DNA from: Marsupella aquatica
Taxonomy: Eukaryota > Plantae > Marchantiophyta
NCBI GenBank assembly: GCA_973895155.1
Contig: OZ316895.1
Location: 11,909,829 to 11,973,828 of the forward strand
Reading direction: 5' to 3'
Length of the DNA stretch: 64,000 bases
Each line of letters starts with the position of its first letter. Position 1 is the stretch's first letter. Shown piece after piece: positions 13,001 to 27,075 of this stretch. The position numbers and the translations under genes were made by a program. The notes below the pieces were generated by a model. That model was not told where the DNA came from. It saw only the letters and a list, made by a program, of their open reading frames with translations, and did no database searches.

Positions 13001-15674
13001 CACATTTTAATGTGCAATTACCAGAATGTCAACACAATGTCAACACCACTACAGGAAAATTATAAGCAGGGAAAGGATTGTACTAAGATGCCAGTCTCAA
13101 GTAGTTGACATGATCTTTCAAAAGTCTCCCTCCATTGGTGTCCAACTGAGAGGCCACATTGAGAAGTTTCCTGGGAAGTTCCAGAAGTGTAAGGTGCTCT
13201 TCTCAAAGTTTAATGTGATACTGTACTGTAGACAATCAGTTTACACGGATCCTCACACTATACAGCACCTAATCAGGATGTACTGTACTAAGATCATGTT
13301 GTGCTAACCATCAGTGATTATCTTTTGCATTTTGCTAGGGAGTTTAAATGTGGACTATGTCAAGTGCCTAGAACATTAGTAAATTTATGGACAGCCCTGA
13401 GATCTTCCCTGATTTTCATGACTGTTGTCAGATCTTCAAAGATTTGGCAAATGGAGCTCAGCTGAAGGCAGCTTATGGCAGATTTGGTTAATTTTTCTTC
13501 TCAAATTTTCCAAATTGGATGGAAATCACTCTATCCCCCCCTCAACCTCCGTGATTTCTCCTGAACTTGGGATATTTAAATAGTGAACCTTCAGGATAAC
13601 GTATCTTGACCTGTTACTCTCATTTATCATGCCATGATAACTCTTAATCATTGGGCCTGTCTCTCCACTATTTACTGTACCCTATTTCTAAATTAAATTT
13701 ACTATTAATATACAATGTGCATCAGCTATTGTCGTTTATCGTGGACAGATTTATCATGCCTGTTAGTCCCCCCTTTGTGGTGGTTCCTTGGGTCCCTTTC
13801 TTACTCCTTATTGCTCACTAAACCCCTCCTTTCAAAGCCAAAATTAGTATGTAGATTAGATCTGATTGGAATGACATGTAAGTGTCATCAAAGTTTGCCT
13901 CAATATGGCTGAATTGTAGGTAAATAAGGTTTATGATTCTATCTCAGATAGGGACAACTCATTAGGACAGTCATTCACAGTTCCAAAATAATGGCAGCAG
14001 AGGAGTTTAACGAGGATAAGGAGCTATGGTTCAGCTTTAGAGCTATTGATGTGCTTATCCAGTTGCGAACTTTCTTGTCAGTAACAAATGCAAGCAGTGC
14101 AAGCAATCCCGAGAACACCTGATCAATTTTGTCATATCAATTTGTTTGACGTAACATATTTGAAGGTCCCATAATTCTCTTACTTGTTGGCTTAGGGATA
14201 TCAGCGTCGATGGTACAATACGATACAATAAACTGAGGAGTGCAAAGAAATACCGGGAGCAATACCAGAATTGCCAAAAACTTACATGTGCACAAAAGAG
14301 TCCTCCTTTCACCAATTGTAGTGTAAATGCGACAATATTAGCCGAGCTTCAGTTGCTGCAAAAAGGAATGGGAAATTTGGGTAGCAACAGAGGAATGATC
14401 ATAACTCCACAAAGTGTGTATTCCCAGCTCCTCAATCCTTGTCCAAGCCACAATCAGCACAACTGCACATGCTAATCCATACAAAATGTAAGTTATGTAA
14501 ACCACCTTTACAACAATACGTAAACTAAAGTTGTATACACAAAGTTCTCACAAAAGTGAGGACGTTAGAGAATCCTCGAGAGAATCCAAGCGTTCATTAC
14601 ATCCAGTACTATTTCAAGAAATTCCCAGTGAGATTACACATACAAAAATATAATGCAAAACACTGATATATCAATCAAGATAATTTTAAAAGGGCAATTT
14701 CTTTAATCCTAGTCTTTTTTTATGTCAAGTGTTTTTCTTCATCATTGTATTGTTTTTACAGTTACTACATCTGATTGTTTTTCTTTGCCATACCACAAAC
14801 AAAAAATCACTAGGATTTGTTTTTCTTGCACAACCACATTTTCCTGTTTGTAGCTAACCTTGCTGATGTGGCTAAATGTGGTGCCAAAGATTTTTGGAAG
14901 AAGCTTCCATGAGGGTCCATAAAAAATTTGTTGTATCAATCGCACAGTCCATAGAGAAAGTAATATTTCATTGGTGACAGTTTTCTTGGGGTTCATTCTC
15001 CAGGGTAAGAGATTACCTGTTCATTGCTCCTGGGATTGTTTGGGTTTCTCCTGGTGCTATGTTCCCTCATACTTCACTTGTCTGTTGTAATAAGGTTTTG
15101 GGACAATGCAAAAATTATCCCTACTTGAAGTTACCAAAATCACCTAAGCATCCTGACTGACATTTCTAAATTTACAAAAATAACACTAAATGTCTCTAGT
15201 AGGGGAGGTGTCCCTTGTTCTCATAGCAGTTGTGCCTTTGTTCAATTGTAACAGATCATATCCTATCTTGTACAATATTCTGAACTGTTATACCAAAATC
15301 CGTGCCCCTGTCCTTTTCCTTGTGTCCTTCACAATCCAAGAAAGTTACAATTGCTTTGTTTGAAGTTGTTGCTTGTCCGTGTCTAGCCTTTTGCCCACCA
15401 AAATGACAAGCTCTCTTCCATCTACAGCCACAAGCCACTCACAAATCTCCACTGCAAACGCACCGCTCACCTTGTACTGCAAATGATCAATCAAGAACCG
15501 TCAAAAAATAGTCAGCTTAGTCAAGAAAACGTAACTCTTAATTTCTAAGTGCTTAGTCCTCCTAAACGTTCCCCCTCAAACGTCCGCACAGCAAGACCAT
15601 CGGGAGACTCAATCTTTTTGGTCATTGCCTTGCTGAAATTGCTCTCTTGGAGTTGTCACCAGGCACCCAAACTT

Positions 15675-16022
15675 GGCTCTAATACCAATTGTTGGGAAAA
15701 CCGGCACGATACAATCAAGAGCACAACCAACAAGCGTGCACAGACCAACACAAGATATATGTGATTCACCTTAGTCAAGGCTACGTCCACGGAATGCAAG
15801 AGGCTTTACTAAGCTTTGGCCACCATGGTCACATCAAGCCTTCTTCTACAAACTCTCCTTCTAGCTCCCGAAATAATGAGAATGAGTCTCCAAGAAGAGC
15901 TCTCCCTAGCCCCTCTATAAGCTACATGCCAGAGTCACGGCTAATCACCATTAACACCCTAATGGTGGTTTAGCCTAAGTGACTAGAAGTTAACCCAAGA
16001 CTAGAGTTAATCCTATATAACA
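15675..16022 (-). mobile_element. Truncated LTR retrotransposon: 5' LTR (16022-15690) plus tRNA-Met PBS (15687-15675)
   Basis: The minus strand reads TGTTA...CAACA, then AT, then TGGTATTAGAGCC (a PBS with 1 mismatch to TGGTATCAGAGC). It contains the LTR-type motif CGTGGACGTAG..GTGAATCAC. Decayed gag-like sequence follows on the minus strand. Confidence 0.65.
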
Positions 16023-16879
16023 AACTGACATGACATGCTCTCCACTTGCCGGACTGTGTTTGTGAGGCCAAGCGGTATGCCTGTATGCCAAGTATGAGTG
16101 GTCCAGTGTAAGAGAGGTACGAGAAATTAAGAGAGGAGGTGAAGAGCTTGCCCTGCCGACAATCACACATCAAAATGTGGTAATATATTGTGTGCACTCA
16201 TTCATTAAAGAAAATAATAAGATTTATCATATATGAAGTGATGTTGTACATTGTATATGTCATGTTTTGATGGGCAGAACTTGCATTACATGTTGTTTTG
16301 CTTAGTATAGGGTACGGTGAGCTTTAAAGTGTAAAGGAGCCTAGACTTGACATGAGAGTGATGGGCCCTGCCGGTAATCACAAATCAAGATGTGATAATA
16401 TATGGTGTGCACTCCCTGATTTAAGGAAAACAAGAGTGAAAGAAGAATGATTTAGGGTGTGCCTTCCATCTGGCCCAATTGTGCTTTAGGCAAATTAAAG
16501 GAGGATACAGGGGGCATTAAATAGGTCCTATACCCAAGCAAAGGTACTTAGGGCAGTAATTTTTGTCTATATTAGAGATATTTATATTACAGGCCAAATT
16601 ATACAATAATATAAGCAGAATTATTGTTACTCAACTTATTATCATGTTTTAGTACACAGTAAAGGACTGTCACCCAATACTACTTTGAGCACTCCAATAA
16701 ATCTGGGTTTTCAGCTAAAATTTTCTTGATGTAAAAGTCAGTTCCTGCCGGTTGCGTTGGTGTCTGTTGGCATATTTTCTTGCTAACCAAGTTACTGTGC
16801 TGCATCCATTAGTCAGTCCATGCTTAGGTCAGGGGTTGGCACAACCCCATAAGTATATATAATTTATCTTCATCCTCTT

Positions 16880-17150
16880 TGACTCCCATGACACCTTTCT
16901 CCCATGGACATCTTTGCCTTGCTTTCACTTCTTTTCTCATCTCTATATCTTTTTATCTCTTTGATATCTTTTTCTCACCTTGGAATTTTTTTGTCCTCAA
17001 TATCTTTAATTTGCTCATCTTGACATCTTTTCTTTTCTTGACATCTTTTTTTTTGCCTTGATATTTTTGGCTCACCTTGACATTTTTTTCTCATTGACAT
17101 TTATTTTCACTTCAACATCGTTAGTGCAATGCGCGGGCAATGGGCTGAGA
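16880..17150 (+). mobile_element. Non-autonomous Helitron-like repeat, copy B
   Basis: TTTTCTCACCTTGACATCT-type unit array ending in TGCAATGCGCGGGCAATGGGCTGAG, a hairpin-like tract with a degenerate CTAG. Confidence 0.55.
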
Positions 17151-17239
17151 ATAACTTTCATTGTAATTATGCATATTTAAATTAATTTATTGCCCAAAGT
17201 GGAACACAAGAATTTGAAGTCACATGGATCACAAGATTG

Positions 17240-17380
17240 GTCTTTGAAACCCAGTGGGCCACATTACCAAAGTTTGAGTTTAATTTTACTAACTTGATAT
17301 CCATATATTTTATAATTTTGGGGATATGGTAGGGGAGTAGGTTACTTATAAAAGGGACTGAATTTTTGGAATTGTGCATG
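17240..17380 (+). repeat. Dispersed repeat family (copies also at ~19965-20340 and ~36095-36460)
   Basis: Shared CACATT..CAAA.TTTGA.T.TAATT.TA.TAA.TTGATAT..GGAGTAG blocks. Confidence 0.6.
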
Positions 17381-18039
17381 GTGGCCCATCCTCGCTTCAC
17401 TTTCTGGAACGTGAGTTTGAGAGTGAACGTGCTAACAAATAAAAGCCAAAAGGTATCCCTAAAGTTTTACTCCGCAGGAATTCCGATGCTTTCATCAGCC
17501 CGCGCATATTGTCCAGAACTGACAGTCAGGGAAGCCTTTCCATTGTTAATCCGGATCGTCCATATTATCCTGCAGCCACAAGGGCCGTCTAAATTGTCAG
17601 ATACCCCGTCGTGTTTGGTGGGAAACTGTGACGCACCGTGATGATTACCGTGCAGTACTCTACCGTACCAAAAATGGCTGGCCAAGTACCATCGTGCAAT
17701 TATGAACGTATGGATATTTTCGCCTTTTACAATTTTGGGATGCTATTAGGATATCATTTATCCGACAGTCTAAAATGTGATAGAATTGTACGGACTCATA
17801 ATTTAATTTCTATATTTTATTGTCTTTAGGTTTATACAATTATATGATAAAGTGAGAAATGGGCTAAAATTAGTCTGGCTACAATAGTTTCTTTTTAAAT
17901 TTTATCTACACTATGTTTTTGAGTAACAACAAACCCGGAGTTATTTACATGCTCATCTGAAAAATAGGTTTAAATTTATTTGCTTCTATAGTGTTTATAT
18001 TTAAATTATGTTTGTGAGTAAAGTCAGGCATCACGAGTC

Positions 18040-18560
18040 TTGGTAGAGGAGCCCACTATAAATTGTGATAAATATACAGCTCATGAATTATTCCATAGCG
18101 TAAAGTCATGATCCAATTTTATTTGATAATAGATTATTTATACTTCACCAATGCTCGTGAGTAATGACAGACAGTGGAGTATGGGCAGGGGAGCCCACTA
18201 TCAGGTGCTGATCCAAATGCACAGCTCATTTTGGGCAGTGAAGTCAAAGGTTGAAAAATAAAATTTTGATATTTAAACTAGGTAGTTGAGAAGGGACAAG
18301 CATGGGAAGTCGGGTAAGTTAGCCCACTAAAATGTCGTGATCAAACTACAGCTCATGACTGACTTGGTAGAGTGAATTCATAATCACTGTTAAACATAAT
18401 TTAATATGCATCAAAGTCAATCTGGCAATCTACTCTAATTGTTTTATATTAAATTAAGTTTTGAGAAGCCACAGAATAGAGAGTCCATAGAGAGTCCATA
18501 GAGGAGCCCACTATAACTTGTGATGGAATACAACTCATGACTTGTTTTCTAGAGTGCAAT
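18040..18560. repeat. Degenerate tandem repeat, ~130-180-bp spacing x4
   Basis: AGCCCACTA..TGAT..CA(G/A)CTCAT recurs at ~18050, 18192, 18321 and 18504. Confidence 0.6.
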
Positions 18561-21500
18561 GATAGGCCAGATTTTATTAGGTGACATAAAAAATTTCATC
18601 TTTGACTTATACCTAAGAGTAGAGACAATCATGGTAAGTGTGTGTAAGGGAACCCTTAGTCTATATATTGACGTGTAGTTTGGTTAGTGGTTCCAAGGTT
18701 CCATTAGTCTAGATTCCCTCGAAATAAAGGGGAGATAACTTTGGGCGCTCTTATTGACATTTTGAAGAAACAATTTCTTCCTTAATAGCTCACCAAGGTC
18801 TCCTAGGGATTACACCCAGCCACTCGGGGGAAGAAGGTTTGAAAAATTGGGTGTGAGCATCGAAGGGGAAGCAAGCAATGGAAGGCTAATGGGTGAAAGG
18901 CAAAAAGCTAAATTGGGTCACCAGTTGCCATCTTGAGGTGCTGAAAGCAAGGGAGAAGAGCGCAGGTGTTAGGTAAAAGTAACTTAAAAAGTCTCTTGTA
19001 TGTGAGAACCTTAAATAGGCAAGGCGAGAGAATTTTGGGTTTCACCCCTGTCAAATTCATATAATTGCAACGTAACACACTAAAGGAAACTCATAAACAC
19101 TTATCGATAAGAGTGTCTCTGACTAAGTCGGAAATGGAATACAAAAAAAGTAGGGAAGTTCTCCCAAAGATGGCAGACTTTGGAGAGATTGCAATCTAGC
19201 AGATTTTCGCCACTAACAAAGTGACTCGTAGTATAGCACTCCAGAAAGCCGCGTGCAACGTCAATGGGACCGCCACCCAATCATCGAGTGTACTAGAAGG
19301 CCCACCGTCTAGATCGACGCTCACACAATCTCCCTAGAGAAAGAGTCTCCACACTCCGGCCGTCGATACCATCCGAAGTCGTTGGTCGGTATGAAGAGCC
19401 AGCGAGGGCCATAAAAAGTTAAGGTACAGACGTACAGAGTTAAAGTGTGGATTGGCGCTGACTTTCGAGCCTTGTCAGAGGGACACGATGAATTAAGAAT
19501 CAATAAACAACATAAACAAAAGGGTGGTAGCTCGAAAACAATAACGAATGAATAATGTTGGTCAAATTGTCAGAAGGACAAAGGGAAACTAAGTTTTAAT
19601 GTAAAAGAAGCACAATGGCACAAAACCCAAAAGGCTGACGGTGTCAAGGAGTAAATAGGAATTGATTATTTTATGTTTGTTCCTCTAAATGTTTATTATT
19701 TGGCATTCCTCGAAATGACAAATGCATAGACTCGTCTTCACTTAATTCTGTCTTTTATCTGACTTGCCTGATTGTCCGTGTTTAAATTTAATGTCCTTTG
19801 TTTTTCAGCCTCAATATACTTCAGGGCATTATGAAAATTTGTCAGTTAAAATTTCGAGCACCTGGTTAGGAAATATTCTCTTATTGTTTTATTAAAATTA
19901 GGAAAAATAAAGATGTTTTAGAGTGATCACACAAGGACCATAGTGTAAGAACCACAATGTTGGTCATTTGAAACCCTCATGGATCACATTTATCAAAATT
20001 TGAGTGTAATTGTAATAATTTGATATCCCTGAACTCAATTTCTGTTTTGTTTTGTGAATGCTAGTGGAGTAGGTCAAATACATTTCCATCAAAATGACTG
20101 TGAATTTTGGTCATTTTGGTTAAGTTATTCATCATAAAATGTGGAGAGGTAAATTCTATTAGATTAATTTTATGGTTTTAATATGAAAACTAGGGCTTGT
20201 TTTATTGTGGCTCCTCTTCCTTAGTTGCCTTGCAGGTGAAAAACTAACAATTCTTAAAACTCAAATCATTAAGTTATAAGCCCAAAACTCCCATGCACGT
20301 CCACCAAAATATGGTCCAACATGGAGGTCCATCCGGGCTTCACTTGGAGATGTTTTAATATATTTAAGTGTATTAAGGTTTCTAAAATGGGCAATATAAC
20401 CCTTTACTTAAAAAAGGGCAACATAACCACTCAAAACTCGAGCTAAAGGTCTTGTTTTTCACGGTACTATATCTAACAATGCACCCTAAACCTGATTTAA
20501 TATATACTAAATAATAGATGTGAGTACAATTATACTCAGTCTGTCTACTTTTTGTCTTAGAAAAACGCGTTTGAATGAGTCTCTATGTAGAAAGGGCTCC
20601 CAGCGATCCTCAAAAACATAATCTGAATAGCAAGATTTGTTGTTACCAAACAATTATGGCCAATCAGTGCGGTCTAAGGATTAGGGCATAAAGTAGACTT
20701 AGATAGTGAGTCACAGAATTAGTAAATTAGATTTCCGATGGAAAAACGAACCAACTAAGAAACTATGGGGTTTTTTTTATGAAAACCAAACCAAAACAAA
20801 AGAGTGGTCACAATTTTATTTGAGAGAGCAAATTACTTTTGAGGCTTGTAGACTAGAAAAAGCCTGGTTTTTATACATGATTTTTATTTAATTTTACAGT
20901 GGCCAGATTGTTTGGTCCCGTCCAAGACCCCCTCGGAGCCAGGCGGGGGAATAATAGTAGGGTATCATCATCTTAAAGTCATTTGGGTCATAAACTACTA
21001 TATGCACACGAAAATGCCTTGTTTTGACCTAGCGGGTCACCACATCCCCTATGGTATCTTTTTGGCATGGTGGTATCTTGAACGACTAGCCCAAATACAA
21101 ATTACTAGCCCAAATAACTATAGTGTGTATGCACACGAAGTGCTACTTACACCTACTAAAACAATTGGAGTTCAAAAAACTTACATTTTTAGTGTTACTT
21201 TCCAAGAGAGTCCCGCTTTGAAGGAAAGGGAAATCTTGCAAATATTTTCATGATGCTGGAGAAGATAATTGTTGGAGAGGTGAATTATGTTGCGGAGGAG
21301 AAAAATAGCAAAGGTGAGCCTATATTGGAGTTGCAATTATAAGTGCATCCCATTGTAAGATTGTTGGAAGGTCAGTGATCACTGATTATATAGGACTGAT
21401 TCAACTGCAAATATACCATTCTGTTTTGGGCTTTAGATGCATTAGGTCCTTTGACAGAGTGGAGCTGGGCAGGTTGCTGCAGATCCTTGAGCTGTCTCTC

Positions 21501-23611
21501 CATTGTTTCAAATTTACATAGAGAATTCCTGATAGCAGCCATCTTGGGAGCAGGGTATGTCTTAGATATATAATGCTTAATCAGCGATACCCAGTACTGT
21601 TCACTTCTTGCTCAACACCATCCTCAGAGCACCTCCAAGGGTTACTGTCACCGCATTGGTCTAGTGTAAAGTTATGTGGTCCAAACCCAACATGGTTGGG
21701 CCAACAAGTCATCCCCAACGGCTTACTGGAACTGGATTGGAGCAAATGTTTAGCGCCTTGATTGATTGAATACTAGATCCATTTTTGAGCTATATTCTTA
21801 TGACTACTATCCAAAAGTGCCTATTTTAGGAGGTAGGAAAACCCAAGTAACCATTGGGCTTGCATTTTGTCATACCACACTTGCTTACAGTATGCTACAA
21901 AAAGTCTCATGTGTCGCATCCGGGATATTCACTTCTTTTCTTCCAAATGATCGTGCACAGGTTTCTTTGAATTCAATTGGGAGGAGGACTTAAAAATATT
22001 TTACTGGAAGAAAAATGGGGGTGTTTTAATCTAATTTTGACAAGTCCATTCCAAAGTTTCTGGTCTATTGCTGCGCAACATTAGTGGTTTCTGCCACAAA
22101 CACAAACGGCAGTGTTTGCCACAACAAACAAACATGACTGTTTATATTTGTTGCCATGCCAACAAAAACAGTTTGACCTGGTAATAGTAAAAACTGAAGA
22201 AAATTAAAATTTACAAGTCAATAACAAAGAGTGGGGGCCAAAAATCACCTGTTGTAACCATTTTATGTAATTTTTGAATTCAAGAATTATTTTTTATATT
22301 TAATTTATTGTCTTAAAAATAAGAAAGACTATCTCTAGCCGTTAGATCTGATTGATTGACACATTTGGCATAAAAGGGGAAGATAGATGACATTGAACAT
22401 GTCATAAGAAAATATACATGTTGTTGGATTTAATTAGTAGATTAGCAAATGAAATCAAATGTTGATAAGTACCTGTGTGCACTCTAAACTTACTGTTTTC
22501 TAAGCTAGACATTTATCCTTTTTGGGTTTTCTGTAGCCATATTTTTGTCATCTGAATCCCGTTTTTAAGTTGCTTGCCAGCTTGGGGATCGACCTAGTTA
22601 CTGAATACATTTGAACAAAAATGATATCTCAAAATTTTCTGACTACCCTCATCAAGCCAATCAAATGAAAGAGTCTGAAGTGAAAGGAAAAACAAGCAAG
22701 TGAGTCAGGATTTGGGGACTAAAGAAAGAAAGAAAAGTGGTGGAAGGTTAAAGTGGGCAAGGAGAGGGAAAGAGATTGGCAGCTGCAAGATTCCCTTTAG
22801 TTTAGTCAGCATTACACTCTCCACATAAGCAATTTGAGTGACCCACAACAGTAGCTCAACTAAATAGAAATTTGCATCCCAATTTTATTTCTAGTCTCAT
22901 TTTTCATAAGCACTCTAAAATGTTTTGTTAGTCAGGGTGATATGCAATTGTAATAGTTTTTTTTGCACAAACCAGGATGACACTAGAGTAGGTCACAAAA
23001 TAATAAACTATTCAATTTCATACCACCCTAACTAACCAAATATTCTACATTTGTACTCTCACTGTACACAAACTACAATTTTTATACCACTCTCACTGTA
23101 CACAAGTGGAGGCTGCTTGTGAATAAATCATTATTTTAATTTACGAATGTTATGAGAATTTTGATGCCAACACTGACATTGCATTGCAGTGACTATGTAC
23201 TATTGAAAACTCAGAAACAGTAAACGCAAGAGATACATGTATTAGATTCTTGGCAAGTATTGAAGTATACATAAATAGGGGAAACTAAGTATGCTGAGGG
23301 CCCTGGGATGTCACAATGAGAGCCTCCGAGACAACCCCCAAGACAACACATAATGCCCTGCCATGCGTGGGGAGGGTTGCAATCGAAGTCACACTGCAAG
23401 AACCAGCAAGGCTCCCTCGTCGTGGTCTCCAGAGGGCAGGAACATGCGACCCTGGGTTAGCAAGTCTCACTAGTTTTCATTACGGTACACAATATTCCTG
23501 GTTCCAAGGAAACTTCTAAAGTAAGTAAATAAATAAATTTTCTGACACCATTTCATGGTAGAGACCCAAGTTATCGCCGAAAATTGTTTCGAGACCTCAT
23601 ATTAGAAGTTC

Positions 23612-24080
23612 AAAAGTCCAGATCAGAGAATGGGGAATTAAATGGGCAATTCATTCTACTCTCAATCAGACTTCAATCAATTGAGGTCACGAACTCATAT
23701 CAGAAGCCCAAAAGTCCATATCAGAGAGAACGGGTAATTAAATGGGGAATTCAATTTTCTCTGAATCAAACTGCGATCAGTTTGAGGTCACGAAATTATA
23801 TCCGAAGCCCAAAAGCCGAGATCAGAGAATGGGGACTGTAATGGGGCAATTCATGTTTCTCTGAATTGAACTTCCATCAATTTGAGGTCACGAACTCATA
23901 TTAAAAGCCCAAAAGTCCAGATCAGAGAATGGGGAATGAAATGGGCAATTCATTCTACTCTCAATCAGACTTCAATCAATTGAGGTCACGAACTCGTATC
24001 AGAAGCCCAAAAGTCCAGATCATGAGAATGGGGAACTGAATGGGCAAGTCAGCTTTTTCTAAATCAAGCTTCATCAAATT
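23612..24080. repeat. Minisatellite, ~99-bp unit x~4.7
   Basis: AAAAGTCCAGATCAGAGAATGGGGAA...TGAGGTCACGAACTC..AAGCCC repeats at ~23612, 23710, 23811, 23911 and 24009. Confidence 0.9.
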
Positions 24081-24921
24081 AGAAGGAAGGATATATGAAT
24101 TAAAATGGGACGACCCTTGTTTCTCACTTCTAGCTAGTCGATTGAGAAGTCGTTGTACTTTTATGTTTCTCCTTAATAGTTTCTGTTTTGTAAGAAGAGG
24201 AAGCTTAGAAGGGCGTATGGATTAGAACACTCTCGATAATTCTATTTAAATTTTCAGTTGTGTGGAGATTCCATCTTCTAACGGATTAGAAGGAAGCATG
24301 ACAAGGGATTGGTATGATTTCAGGGATCCAGTTGCAGCAGGTTAACACAAATTTACAACCTAAACTGGCTCAAGAATTGAGATTAAAGAGTAACACTGAA
24401 TTTGAACATTTTCTGGTCATGATTGTGACCATCAGACACTTCAAGCTTTCAATTGGCATGAAAAAGTCTGGAACGGTATTGAGCTAAGGGGAAGGTGAAC
24501 ACAAGTCACTGCACAAATCTATAAAATGGACATCCATTGCAAGCACGGTAATCGGCTGAGAATATGAAATAAACACATTATCTGCATTTCTCACTGGATC
24601 ATAGATTCTCCACCGCGTTGCCATACGAAGGACCATTCAGAAAACAAAGAAGAACGGCGAGAAATCTGTGCTGCTCTCAATATTGCTTGAATTGAGCAAA
24701 GCAATCTGCCACTCTACAAAATCGGAGAAGTAATTGAGGAACGAGCAAACCCGTTAGCAGTATCATCAGAGCTAGTAAGGTCTAACTCATCGACGGTCTA
24801 CAATGGCCTCAGAAGACCACCACAACGAGTCTTCAGGTTAGCCTTTCAAAACGCAATTGTACGTAATTGAGTGCCAGACTTGGTGTAAGTTTGACGACCC
24901 GAAAGGTTGTGTTGTACGACG

Positions 24922-25003
24922 CCCCTGCATACCGTGATAATCCTAGTTTTTTCCTTTCAATCAATGAATGCAGCCACATTTTGATGTGTGATTACCAGCA
25001 GGG
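24922..25003. repeat. Short dispersed repeat ending ATTTTGATGTGTGATTACCAGCAGGGC
   Basis: The same end occurs at ~11529-11555 and ~41686-41712, and reverse-complement variants occur at ~16150 and ~16364. Confidence 0.75.
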
Positions 25004-27075
25004 CGAAAGGTTGGTCTTGAAATACGCTTCTTAAGTAGTGAATTGAGTACCGAGATTTGGTTTGAAGCGACTGCCAAAGAGAAGGAACTGCCGAAGAACA
25101 TTTCGAAGACCCAGATTGCGTGAGTCCTGACTCAGAGTAACAAGACGACACAGAAATTCCAAAGCCAATAAATTGAGACTAAAGGCCACAATAAAGACCG
25201 AGATATCTGAAAACCATATTGTTTTCTAGTAAAAATGCATCCTTTCTGGTTAGTGCTTTGAATTTTGTTACTCTTGCATGTAGCTCAAACTTATTTCATT
25301 TATATAATATGGAATGGAATGGAATCACAAGTTTTACTAATTCGTCCTTTTTACAAAGCAACGTATAAAAAGTTGCACGTAATTTTCATAGTTGTAACTA
25401 CTCATGTTTTATTATTCTTTGACATATCTTTAGTCATGTTGACTATTACATTGCGTCCTATCGGTACCTGTAAACCAAACTAAGACCTGGATAAGGTTAA
25501 ACACAATGGGGCCGGTTCAACTTAGAACCAAGAAAACAAATGGGATCTAAAGTTAGATTGAGACTAAAGGCAAGTCGAAAGACCGTAGAAGTAAGGTCAA
25601 AATATAAACCAGACTGCTAAGTGGTCACAGGCCCGGGTAGGGTACACAATACGAATAGGCCCAAGCTAGACTTGCGAGTAAAGGCTAATTCGAAGACCCA
25701 AACAGGCTATTCCTTGTCAGTAAAGAATTGAGTTCAAAAACAAAGAGCAAACCGAAGCTAGACTTGAAGCTACAGGCTAGTTCAGAGACCCAAACAGGGT
25801 TTTACTTGTAACAAAGCATTGTATGCAAAACGAAAAATTCAAAAAGGTAACGCCAGAAACCTCAGTAAAACTTTCATGGAACCTCTACAGAACAGCAAGT
25901 CGTAATAATACAACTTCACTTTGAGATGGCTAGAGCGAGAAAGAATAGAACTCAAAACAAAAACAGAAAAAAAATAACGCCAAAACCTCGGGAGTAAAAA
26001 GCCATACTACCTCTAGCGAACAGCAAGTTTTCATTAGAAAACTACTCTTGGCAAATGCTAGAGTGAGAATGAAGTGACTCGGTCACCATTTTTGGTGATC
26101 CCCCATGCAACCTACGGTCCGAATGAACCTCAAAACATATACGTATAAAGGACGTCATCTGTAATGATACTCGTGCTTGCTCGAATCTCCGTTCCGCCGA
26201 GTGCAGGTTGGAGGGTGCTGATCGAAAGAACCAATTTGCGTGTCTCAGAAAATCTGCGGTGACGTATACAGAGATGTTGCGAGAACAATCGAATCGTTCG
26301 CATTGTTTATTAGTCCTACACCAATGGACTTCGAGATTACAAGGCTGAATGTCAACTCCATACGGGAAAAGACTACTTGCAAAGAATGTGCCTCAGTTGA
26401 CAGAGGTGAAAGTACGGACAGATGAAACTTTAAATTGAACAAAGTGACAATCTATAGCAGCTCCAATTTGAAGACCCTGCTCTTTAAATTTCACCAATTC
26501 AGTCTTCATATATCGATGATGATGATGATGGGAGGTACCGCTCTTAGAGAACTATTGTAACAAACTGACTTTGACTAGTGTACAGGACGTGAGAAAGGAA
26601 TCATCCGGAAGATTGTTCCTCCTGCGACATGAATCCTTTGGCACGAATTGAAGACAAGTGCTCTAGTTGGCTTCCCCTACGTTTCGACCAGAACTTCGCC
26701 CTGTTCATAATCTGGTATGTAAACTGTGCCCAAACAATACAAACTACATGACTAAAAACCTACAAAGATCCAGTGGTATCAACTGACACTCAGCCACCCC
26801 ACAAAATGGATAATACGCCAACCGTGTAACTACAGAGGAGGTCAACGGCTACATGCTTCACCTGCTGTGCTCTATCGTAGCTTTGAATTGGTCAGGATTT
26901 TTCGTGACCATCCGGTTACATGAAATTCAGTTGTACGAGAACAAAATGTAGCGGGCATGCCAAGAGGTGAAATAACATGGCTTTCCCCCTCCTCCCAAAG
27001 ATTACAGTAGTACAACTGAGTATATACAGTAGTACCCTTGCTCGTCGAATTCTCTTCTACTTCCGTGGCCTTCAC

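Noticed and set aside
23612-24080. Regularly spaced repeats as a CRISPR-like array
   Set aside because: Whole units repeat with no unique spacers, there are no cas genes, and the context is eukaryotic.
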